Assembly (NCBI GenBank): GCA_018830295.1
Contig: JAHJSM010000001.1
Span: forward strand, 129,980-193,979
Source: Patescibacteria group bacterium
Lineage (GTDB): Bacteria; Patescibacteriota; Minisyncoccia; Portnoybacterales; UBA2143
Length of the DNA: 64,000 bases
Direction: 5' to 3'
The notes beneath the pieces are model-generated. The model had not been told where the DNA came from. It made no database searches and worked only from the letters and a program-made list of their open reading frames with translations. Shown piece after piece: positions 37,725 through 45,432 of this stretch. The stretch's first letter is position 1; the number at the start of each line of letters is the position of its first letter. The position numbers and the translations under genes are program-made.

Positions 37725-38218
37725 AACCTATCTTCCGCGGTTAGATTCCGCCAAGCGCCGCCCCTTTGCCATTTAACTTCCACAACCACCTTAACTTCAT
37801 CAGAAGATATTTTCGTTAAACTAATTTTACGATAAAATTGACTATTATCGCCTGAATCATATTGATAAAGCCCGCTCACAGTATTAAATTTCAAAGGCAT
37901 TTCAGAAAAAGCCAACAAATTAGGATTGTCGTATTGAACCAAATAATCGCCGCTTAAAACTGTGTCATACCAATCGCTCCAATCCGACTGCGTCCTCCTC
38001 ATATATCTAACCATCTCTATCCCCTCCTGCGCCAAGCCCGAAGCGGTTAATCGCGCTTGACTCAAAGAAGCAGCCCGCAAAGAGGCCTGACTTAAATCTA
38101 AGATGCCAATCATGCCAACGGAAACAATAAAAATCGCGACAATTACGCCGATTAGAGAAAACCCAGATTTGGGGGCTGCCCCCGTTTTAGGGGGCAGCCC
38201 CCAAATAGATACTTTCAT
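37709..38218 (-). CDS. Type IV pilin-like / pseudopilin protein with a REP copy inside the leader-peptide coding region
   Basis: KSG|FSLIGVIVAIFIVSVGMIGIL prepilin-like segment. The leader MKVSIWGLPPKTGAAPKSG is encoded by a family A REP variant at 38171-38201. Confidence 0.55.
   Translation of the reverse strand: MKVSIWGLPPKTGAAPKSGFSLIGVIVAIFIVSVGMIGILDLSQASLRAASLSQARLTASGLAQEGIEMVRYMRRTQSDWSDWYDTVLSGDYLVQYDNPNLLAFSEMPLKFNTVSGLYQYDSGDNSQFYRKISLTKISSDEVKVVVEVKWQRGGAWRNLTAEDRLWNWK
38171..38201. repeat. REP family A variant (loop GTTTTA) within the pilin leader coding sequence
   Basis: gggggctgcccccgttttagggggcagccccc. Confidence 0.75.
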
Positions 38219-38224
38219 ATAGTT

Positions 38225-38782
38225 CTACTCAACTTGAATCAACCCAGCTGTGGTAACCCGAATCGTCTTAGATAAGGAAGAATTTGTAACCTTTAACGAG
38301 ATAGTCCCCGAAAGACCTGGCGTATTATTGCCGTTAATATAGGTGGTTGGCTGGGGCGGTTCAAAAAATATGCTCATTTTCCCGGCAGGCGTTGAAACCG
38401 AATCTACCTCAACGCCTTGAGGAAACAAGGAAACTTCTTCGATAATATCGTCCGATGACTGGTAAGTTGAATTATCGTTTACATCCCCGTAGATAATATA
38501 ATACGAATCGCCTTCTTCAAGATAAACGCCGTAGCCGTAATAGGCGCCCGCGATGTCAAAACCGCTCAAAGCCATATTTTGCGCTTTTCTAATATCGGAA
38601 ACCAATTTCTGAACGGACTGAGCCAAAATATATTTTCTTTGGCCTTGCCTGTAATTTGCTAAAGTGATGGCGGAGATTAAGCTGATAATGAACATTACTA
38701 CTAATAATTCCGTCATTGAAAAACCTCTCTCTCGCCAAAAAATATTTTTCATAATTTTTACCAAGGAATAATCTCCTTCCAA
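38225..38782 (-). CDS. Type IV pseudopilin (GspH/FimT-like)
   Basis: RERG|FSMTELLVVMFIISLISAITLA. The true start may be the internal Met MKNIFWRERG (about 38752), giving a 10-aa leader. Confidence 0.65.
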   Translation of the reverse strand: MEGDYSLVKIMKNIFWRERGFSMTELLVVMFIISLISAITLANYRQGQRKYILAQSVQKLVSDIRKAQNMALSGFDIAGAYYGYGVYLEEGDSYYIIYGDVNDNSTYQSSDDIIEEVSLFPQGVEVDSVSTPAGKMSIFFEPPQPTTYINGNNTPGLSGTISLKVTNSSLSKTIRVTTAGLIQVE

Positions 38783-40014
38783 TCGGGCAAACTCTCTTGG
38801 ACGCCAATTGTTTGGGTTTTTGAACAGGTGTATCCGTCTGAATCAGTTACCCTTAAAACAACATCCTTCTCGCCCGTCGTTGTAAATTGAATTGTCGGAT
38901 CTTGCGCGCTGGAAGAACCTGGATTACCGTTTTCAAATGTCCAAGACCAAGATGATTTTGACGCCCCGCCGTAAACAACCGACTGGTCGGAAAAAAGAAC
39001 ATCTTCTTCCACGCTTGGCTCGGTTGGCAACCAATTGAAATTAATTGATGGATACCGATGCGGTTCGGTCGCGAAAGAAGGACCAACCACCCAGCCGGAA
39101 TCATTACCCTCGCTGTCATAGACCTTTACCCGCCAATAATATGTCGTGCTGTATCCCAGTTGACCGGCCACGGGCGTTTCGGCAACTGTCACTGTTTGAT
39201 TATTTGTCGTCGGACTCGGATTAGATAATCCGCCAAAGTCGCGATCTACCTCAAGAGAACTAAAATCGCTGTTGTTGTCAACTTGGAATTGAAATCTTTC
39301 TTCATCGTCGCCGCTTGGGTCATAATAATTCCAAGAAAAATAGTGAGCCGCGTTGCCGCAATATGTCGTTGAATCTCCGACAGAAACACTAAGATCAGAA
39401 ACAATAGGCGACTGGACATCAATGATTACTTTGTAATTGCCGCCCGCGGCGGCATCGGCGCCGTTAAAACTAATCCAACCAACAACATCGCTACCCCAAG
39501 CCCATCCATGCCAGTCGCCATCCGCGCCAATATACGCCGGGTTGGCCTGACCATGATCAAACCTAATCCATCCGTCCCAACCGCCGCCATAAGAGAGCGC
39601 TCTAGCCCAACCATTAATATTAACATTTGATCTACCCAACTGATTTGACGGAACGGCCTTGGCAATGCAACTACTACCTGGACAAGGATCATTAGAAGGA
39701 GGAACCCCCGTATCGCTTTCGTTAAAACTAATCCAACCAATATGTTCCGACCATGCGTACCCGGAAAAATTACCATTACTCACATCTACATTAACTCCAT
39801 AATTAACAGCGCTTCCGTCAGAAAGATTATTAAAACTAATCCAACCGATGTTTTCCGACCAAGCAAATCCAACAACATTGTCTTCTAATCCAGCTTGAAC
39901 AATAGTAATTTTTTGACCAATACCAAAAAAAACAACAATGGCAACAATTAAAAAAATACTAATAAAAATGACTACTGATGCCAATTGTGTTTTTAAATGA
40001 AAAAATTTTAGCAT
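38758..40014 (-). CDS. Membrane-anchored repeat protein with four G(F/Y/W)AWSE.IGWISFN-type repeats and C-terminal FN3-like and PKD-like domains (putative pilus-associated adhesin)
   Basis: N-terminal signal anchor. Repeats GFAWSENIGWISFNN, GYAWSEHIGWISFNE, GWARAL..GGGWDGWIRFDH, GWAWGSDVVGWISFNG. The C-terminus has a PKD-like segment (WSWTFENGNP...VVLRVTDSDGYTCSKTQTIG). Confidence 0.5.
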   Translation of the reverse strand: MLKFFHLKTQLASVVIFISIFLIVAIVVFFGIGQKITIVQAGLEDNVVGFAWSENIGWISFNNLSDGSAVNYGVNVDVSNGNFSGYAWSEHIGWISFNESDTGVPPSNDPCPGSSCIAKAVPSNQLGRSNVNINGWARALSYGGGWDGWIRFDHGQANPAYIGADGDWHGWAWGSDVVGWISFNGADAAAGGNYKVIIDVQSPIVSDLSVSVGDSTTYCGNAAHYFSWNYYDPSGDDEERFQFQVDNNSDFSSLEVDRDFGGLSNPSPTTNNQTVTVAETPVAGQLGYSTTYYWRVKVYDSEGNDSGWVVGPSFATEPHRYPSINFNWLPTEPSVEEDVLFSDQSVVYGGASKSSWSWTFENGNPGSSSAQDPTIQFTTTGEKDVVLRVTDSDGYTCSKTQTIGVQESLPDWKEIIPW

Positions 40015-40164
40015 AGAAATAAAACCACAAAACAGTTATCCGCTTATCACCACGATTCAATTACATTCTAACAAAAAACTTGCATCCAAACAAAAAAAAG
40101 TTATCCACAACAAAAATATTTATTAAGATTAACTTTTTTATTTAAAAAAATTATCTCTCCTTTT

Positions 40165-41163
40165 TTAAAATAATGTCCTTGAAAAAGAAACAATGAAGCT
40201 TTTAAAAAAAATAGTAATTAAAAGACCAAGAAACATCCAAAAAGCGAAGGAAATGTGAGTTTTTTGTTTTTGCGGAACAAATGAGAGCAAAGATGAAATA
40301 AGTATAAATACAAACATAAAAACTATTGAATTTTCAATTGAGAGAAAAAGTTTTGACCATATCGCTCGGGAATAAAAAATATAATTTATTATTAAATAAA
40401 AACTTATTACAACAAAAATAGTGATAACAATCCAAACTTTTCTTAAAAACTTTTCCAAAATTTTGCGAAAGACAATAATTAATAAAAACAAAATACCCTG
40501 CAATTCACTACTAAGCTGAACTCTAAGTTCTGTTTTGATTAATTGAAAGAATATAAAAATCATAAAATACCCAGTTCCAATCTTCAAATAATTATAATAA
40601 TCTTTTTTTAATGAATTTTTTAATTTTAAAATTCTTTCTTTGAGATTTAACATTTTCCCCTTAAAAGCCATTATGTCCCTGAAAAAAAGAAAAAAATTCT
40701 GACAAATTAAAAAAAGCAAAATTGGAATAAAAGTATTGATCAACAAAGAAAGAGAGGGAAAATAAGGAAACGCCGCGTCTTGATAATACTTAAGAGGCAA
40801 CAATAAAGAAAAAACAAAAAACAATTTAGCATCGCCAGCTGACCACAGATTAAAATACCAAAGAGCGTAACCAATTATTAAAGCAATAGCGCAATTAAGA
40901 AACACTTTCCCAAAATAATCCCACCTAATGGTAATAATCTGCCAAGAAGCGTCTACCGCCTCATGTTTAATGTTTGTATAGTAAAAAACCATTACTGGTT
41001 CAGCTATTAAATTCCAAATAGCTAAAACAATTAGTATCGCGACGCCATAAATCAATCCCGATACAATCCATTTATTTTTTATTTTTCCCTCTTTAAAATC
41101 TTGGTAGCTCGTAATTACACCGATTAAAAAAAGGCATGGTAAAAATAGGAAATCAAGTATCAT
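40165..41163 (-). CDS. A24-family prepilin peptidase, FlaK/PibD/TadV-type (no N-terminal zinc-finger domain), with extra C-terminal TM helices
   Basis: SYQDFKEGKI resembles the archaeal FlaK/PibD motif (VQDFRSREI) with the first catalytic Asp. SAGDAKLF matches the GGDVKL second catalytic Asp motif. Confidence 0.6.
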   Translation of the reverse strand: MILDFLFLPCLFLIGVITSYQDFKEGKIKNKWIVSGLIYGVAILIVLAIWNLIAEPVMVFYYTNIKHEAVDASWQIITIRWDYFGKVFLNCAIALIIGYALWYFNLWSAGDAKLFFVFSLLLPLKYYQDAAFPYFPSLSLLINTFIPILLFLICQNFFLFFRDIMAFKGKMLNLKERILKLKNSLKKDYYNYLKIGTGYFMIFIFFQLIKTELRVQLSSELQGILFLLIIVFRKILEKFLRKVWIVITIFVVISFYLIINYIFYSRAIWSKLFLSIENSIVFMFVFILISSLLSFVPQKQKTHISFAFWMFLGLLITIFFKSFIVSFSRTLF

Positions 41164-41164
41164 A

Positions 41165-42094
41165 TTAACTAATTGGGTTTAACTCTTTATCGCCATAATG
41201 CTTTATATAATCTCGCCAAATTCCTTCGCAAATATCGTAGGCCTTGCAACCATTGCATCTGTCTGTTTTAACGCGAGCCAATTGTTTTCTGGAATTTTCT
41301 ACATTTAAATTTGTAAAATCAGGCGCCAAATGTTCTGTGTGAAAAGTTTTTGATTCCTGAAATTCGCTAATTTGACCTTCGTATCCCACAAAATGACAAA
41401 AAGGAACATAACGAACTGTCCAATGAGGAATTTTATTTTTTCTTCCCAATTCCAAGCATTGACGAACATAGGGGGCAATTTTAGAAATTTTCGGAACAAA
41501 TCGAAAAAAATTATTATTAGCAGCTCCGTAAGTAGGATCCACAAAAATAAATTCAGAATTTTTAAATCCAAATTTTATAATTAACTGCCCAATTTTTTTT
41601 AAATACAAATAATTTTGCTTAATAATAATCGTATTGGTGCCTAACCGTTTGAGCCCCAAATCCTGAATATTTTTTATGCCTCGCGCCATTTGCTCAAAAC
41701 TTCCTTTTGATTGAGTTAGTAAATCATGTAGCTTCGCGTTATGCCCATGAATGGAAAAAATCAAATCAGTTAAACCAGCTTGAACAATTCTTTTAGCAAA
41801 TTTTTCATAAGCAAAAAGTCGACCGTTAGTAGCCATCACTATATTCTTAAATTTCAATTGAGAAGCAAATTTAATTAAATCAAGAATGTCAGGTCTAATG
41901 GTCGGTTCGCCCCCAATTAATTCTAAATAAGTAAAACCATTATTCCTGGCCCATGCCATTTCCTTCATAACTTGTTCGGTGGTTTTATCGACTAAATCTC
42001 TTTTATCAACATTCAAACAAAATTGGCAATTGTTGTTGCAACGATAACCAGTAATAATGACTATTTTATTAATTTTTTTACTTTTATTTTTCAT
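41165..42094 (-). CDS. Radical SAM protein (family 1: CX3CX2C plus C-terminal CX2CX5C-EG-W..Y...G motif)
   Basis: YRCNNNCQFC, IGGEPTIRP, SIHGHNAKLHD...KGSFEQ, C-terminal CNGCKAYDICEGIWRDY. The start is placed at MKNKSKK (ATG 42094), which overlaps the upstream gene's stop by 11 nt. The ORF extension to 42280 lies inside the neighbouring gene. Confidence 0.7.
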   Translation of the reverse strand: MKNKSKKINKIVIITGYRCNNNCQFCLNVDKRDLVDKTTEQVMKEMAWARNNGFTYLELIGGEPTIRPDILDLIKFASQLKFKNIVMATNGRLFAYEKFAKRIVQAGLTDLIFSIHGHNAKLHDLLTQSKGSFEQMARGIKNIQDLGLKRLGTNTIIIKQNYLYLKKIGQLIIKFGFKNSEFIFVDPTYGAANNNFFRFVPKISKIAPYVRQCLELGRKNKIPHWTVRYVPFCHFVGYEGQISEFQESKTFHTEHLAPDFTNLNVENSRKQLARVKTDRCNGCKAYDICEGIWRDYIKHYGDKELNPIS

Positions 42095-43019
42095 AAACAG
42101 GTTGGAATTCACTATCGCCAAAAAGTTTGGAATAACTATTCCAGACACCTTCGCAATTTTGGTAGTATTTGCACTCTTGGCATCTTTTAAATTTAGTTTT
42201 ATTTTTAATTCGCTCAAAATCAATACTTTCCACAATAATGTCTGGCGCGCCAACCTTGGTGTTAAAAGGGCTGGACTCAACCATTTTATCTTCGTGACCA
42301 GACAAACAGCAAAAAGGGATATTAAAAACTATTCCTTTATCTAATTCTAATTTGTCAATTAAATTAAGCGTTTTTTTTAAATAAGGCGCGACTTTTTTAA
42401 TACTAATTCCCACTTCACGCCAATTCTTGGCCATTCTCCCTGTATATAGGGGGTAAATAAAGCAAAAACTTCCGATCCCCATCTGACTAAAAAAATCAAC
42501 AAATTGCAAGTACTCTTTGTAATTATATTTGTTTATAACTGTATTTATCTCTATACGAACCTTTAATTCTTGTAAATTTTCGATAGTTTTTAATATATTT
42601 TTAAAAGCTCCTGGAACATTTACTAAATAATCATGTATTTTATCTTTATGGCTATGAATTGAAATTTTCACAAAATCTAAACCTGATTCGACTAAATGCT
42701 TGCAATAATCAGGATACGCGAGGGCAATGCCATTTGTTTCTATTCTAACAATATCAAATTTTAAATGTTTAGCGAAATTTATTAAGATTTGCAAATCTTT
42801 TCTTACTGTCGGCTCTCCGCCACCGATTCCTAAATACTTAAAACCATCTTTTTTAGCGTCATAAATTATTTTCAGAAGCTCTCTTGTTGAATTGTTAACA
42901 TTCCTTTTTTCTGGATCAATAGAACAAAACCTACAATTCGCGTTACAGACATAACCAGGCAATAACTCAAAGAGGTCTCTATCTTCCTTTTTTAATATTT
43001 TTGTATAATTTCCAAACAT
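42084..43019 (-). CDS. Radical SAM protein (family 1)
   Basis: VCNANCRFC, IGGGEPTVR, SIHSHKDKIHD...PGAF, C-terminal CQECKYYQNCEGVWNSY. Confidence 0.75.
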   Translation of the reverse strand: MFGNYTKILKKEDRDLFELLPGYVCNANCRFCSIDPEKRNVNNSTRELLKIIYDAKKDGFKYLGIGGGEPTVRKDLQILINFAKHLKFDIVRIETNGIALAYPDYCKHLVESGLDFVKISIHSHKDKIHDYLVNVPGAFKNILKTIENLQELKVRIEINTVINKYNYKEYLQFVDFFSQMGIGSFCFIYPLYTGRMAKNWREVGISIKKVAPYLKKTLNLIDKLELDKGIVFNIPFCCLSGHEDKMVESSPFNTKVGAPDIIVESIDFERIKNKTKFKRCQECKYYQNCEGVWNSYSKLFGDSEFQPVYEK

Positions 43020-43023
43020 AAGT

Positions 43024-43323
43024 TTAAACTAATTTTTTATACTGTTCGCCTTCCTCGGTTAAACTCCAAAAATATTCGCCTTTTTTAAGTTCTTTTTTAA
43101 CTAAATTTCTTTTAGATAATTTTTCACCAATAAAAAAAACTTCGCTCCTGTCGCTACAGGTGGCGCACATTTTAATTTTTTTTGCCAATATCAAAACTCT
43201 TTTGCTCGAGATATTGTTTTCAGTTTTTAATATTAATATCAAACATTTTTCAAGGTCGGTTAATGGTCTGTTGCCCTCGGAAGTTTTTATTAATAATCTT
43301 GAAGTTTTTTTAGAATTAATCAT
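43024..43323 (-). CDS. Small winged-helix-like protein (99 aa), function unknown
   Basis: LTDLEKCLILILKTENNISSKRVLILAKKI helix-turn-helix-like segment followed by a beta-hairpin-like EVFFIGEKL...KGEYFWSLTEEG. Confidence 0.3.
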   Translation of the reverse strand: MINSKKTSRLLIKTSEGNRPLTDLEKCLILILKTENNISSKRVLILAKKIKMCATCSDRSEVFFIGEKLSKRNLVKKELKKGEYFWSLTEEGEQYKKLV

Positions 43324-44560
43324 TTTTTAAAAATTTTTTAAAAGCTTTAATAAAAATATCAACTTCCTCTTCTGTGTTGTAAATAAAAAAAGATAATCTC
43401 ATGGAAATAGGAGAGCCAAAAAAATCATGCAAAGGCTGAGCACAATGATGGCCACAACGAACCGCGATAGCATGATCCTTTAATTCATAATTTAAGTAAA
43501 GATTAAAATCATAAAGAGATAATTTTTTGGATTTTAGATAAAACGCTATTAATGAGCTGGGCTTCTGCTGCTTATAATCGATTAAAAATTTAACTTCACT
43601 AATATTTCGCAACTGTTGTTGAGCATAATGAGTGAGGGATTCAATTTTTCTAGTAATCTTTTGATAGCCGATGTCAGACAAAAAATTAATAGCGGAATTA
43701 AGACCGGCTATTCCTGCGTAATGCTGTATGCCGGCTTCAAATCCCGATGATGATGGAAGATATTTAACATAAATATTATTACCTTTTATTTTTACTGATT
43801 GAACGGTTCCGCCACCAACATTAAAAGGGCTAAAATTTTTAAGATGGCCTTCGCGAACATATAAAACACCTATGCCCGTCGGAGCGCCAAGTTTGTGCCC
43901 TGAAAAAACAAGATAATCTATTTTATTTTCTTGAACATCTTCTTTATGCGAGGCGACATATTGCGCGTCATCAACTAAAATCTTCGCTCCTTTACTATGC
44001 GTCAAATCAGCAATTTTTTTCACTGGATAAACTAACCCTGTAACATTAGACAAATGAGTAATCGCGACTAACGCTGTTTTCTTGGTAATAATTTTATTTA
44101 ATTTATCTAAATCTAAAGTTCCATCTTTGTTAGGCGATAAAATTTTAATTTTTAATCCCCTTTTCTTGCTTTGTTCATAATACGGAAGTAAATTACTATG
44201 ATGCTCAAGAGTTGTCAGCACTATTTCATTTTTTTCCTTACTTATTGGCAGTGAGGCCGCGATTAAATTAATGCCTTCAGTCGTATTTTTAGTCCAAATT
44301 ATGTCATCAGATAATGAAGCGTTTATAAATTGCCTTACATTTTCTTTGGTCTTCTCGACTAATTCTTGAACTTGCCAACTTAAATAATGGCTTGAACGAT
44401 TACCGCCGCAAACCCCTAGGTTTTGATAATAATCATTAACTGCTTTAATTACGGACTTTGGTTTTAGCGCCGTACAGGCATTATCAAAATAAATTAATTT
44501 TTTACCATTAATTTTTTTCTTCAAAACGGGAAATTCATTTTTTATATTAATAATGTTCAT
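43316..44560 (-). CDS. Class V aminotransferase-fold cysteine desulfurase (SufS/NifS/CsdA-like)
   Basis: PLP-lysine motif FSGHKLGAPTGIGVLYV. The length and overall pattern fit SufS-like enzymes. Confidence 0.7.
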   Translation of the reverse strand: MNIINIKNEFPVLKKKINGKKLIYFDNACTALKPKSVIKAVNDYYQNLGVCGGNRSSHYLSWQVQELVEKTKENVRQFINASLSDDIIWTKNTTEGINLIAASLPISKEKNEIVLTTLEHHSNLLPYYEQSKKRGLKIKILSPNKDGTLDLDKLNKIITKKTALVAITHLSNVTGLVYPVKKIADLTHSKGAKILVDDAQYVASHKEDVQENKIDYLVFSGHKLGAPTGIGVLYVREGHLKNFSPFNVGGGTVQSVKIKGNNIYVKYLPSSSGFEAGIQHYAGIAGLNSAINFLSDIGYQKITRKIESLTHYAQQQLRNISEVKFLIDYKQQKPSSLIAFYLKSKKLSLYDFNLYLNYELKDHAIAVRCGHHCAQPLHDFFGSPISMRLSFFIYNTEEEVDIFIKAFKKFLKND

Positions 44561-45400
44561 TTACTTAATTGGTCTGACTTTAGTTTTTTGGCCAAAAAAC
44601 TTTAAATAATCCTTTCTCACTCCACAACAATAAGACGATAAAGAACAACGCTCGCATTCTATCATTTTTATCTTTTCCCTCAAAGAATATTCTGGTTTTT
44701 CGCCACGGCTTATTTTTTGATAATCAATGTGATGCTCCTTATATTCTTCTAAATAGCAAGGGGGAATGTGGTCAATAATAAATTTTATATCAAATTTTTG
44801 GCATTTCCTAAATGCTTCCAATAAAAAAGGTCTCGCTTTTTTATAACTGATTAAAATTTCGGGATTTTCCCCAGTCGCTCCTATTATTTTTATAAAACTA
44901 AATTGGATATATTCCACTTTTGGAAAATTTTTATTAACAAAAACAACATAGTTTTTTAAGCGCTTATAATTTAAAGAATTAACAATGCAAGTTAAGCGAA
45001 AATTCGCTCTTCTTTCTTGTAGATTTTTTATTCCTATTATTTTTTTATTGAACAATCCTTTGGTTTGAGTTATTTGGTTATGCGCTGAAGAAATATGAGA
45101 AGGAAAATTTATATTAAACAAATCCACACCAGAATTAATAAGATCAATCGCTAATTTTTTATAATAACAAGTTATTCCGTTGGTCTGCAATTCAACAAAT
45201 AATTTCTTATCTTTCGCTTTTCTAATTACCCAAAAAAGATCCTTCGATAAAGTCGGTTCTCCGCCACTTATAACCAAACCGCTTTTTTCTTGATTAATTA
45301 TCTGCTTAAAAAATTCTTTTTCCAACTGGTCTTTTCTCCCTTTAGCCGAACAAAAAAGACAGTTTTGGTTGCATTGATTTGTGATAGAAATAATACTCAT
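44561..45400 (-). CDS. Radical SAM protein (family 1, short)
   Basis: NQCNQNCLFC, SGGEPTLSK, C-terminal CERCSLSSYCCGVRKDYLKFFG. Confidence 0.7.
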   Translation of the reverse strand: MSIISITNQCNQNCLFCSAKGRKDQLEKEFFKQIINQEKSGLVISGGEPTLSKDLFWVIRKAKDKKLFVELQTNGITCYYKKLAIDLINSGVDLFNINFPSHISSAHNQITQTKGLFNKKIIGIKNLQERRANFRLTCIVNSLNYKRLKNYVVFVNKNFPKVEYIQFSFIKIIGATGENPEILISYKKARPFLLEAFRKCQKFDIKFIIDHIPPCYLEEYKEHHIDYQKISRGEKPEYSLREKIKMIECERCSLSSYCCGVRKDYLKFFGQKTKVRPIK

Positions 45401-45432
45401 TTTGATTTATAGCTAAACGGTTTTTTTTATTA

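Noticed and set aside
42095-42280. Long N-terminal extension (62 aa) of the first radical SAM ORF in the track
   Set aside because: The extension overlaps the 3' end of the neighbouring radical SAM gene and lacks family-conserved residues. The internal Met immediately precedes the conserved N-terminus (KINKIVIITGYRCNNNC).
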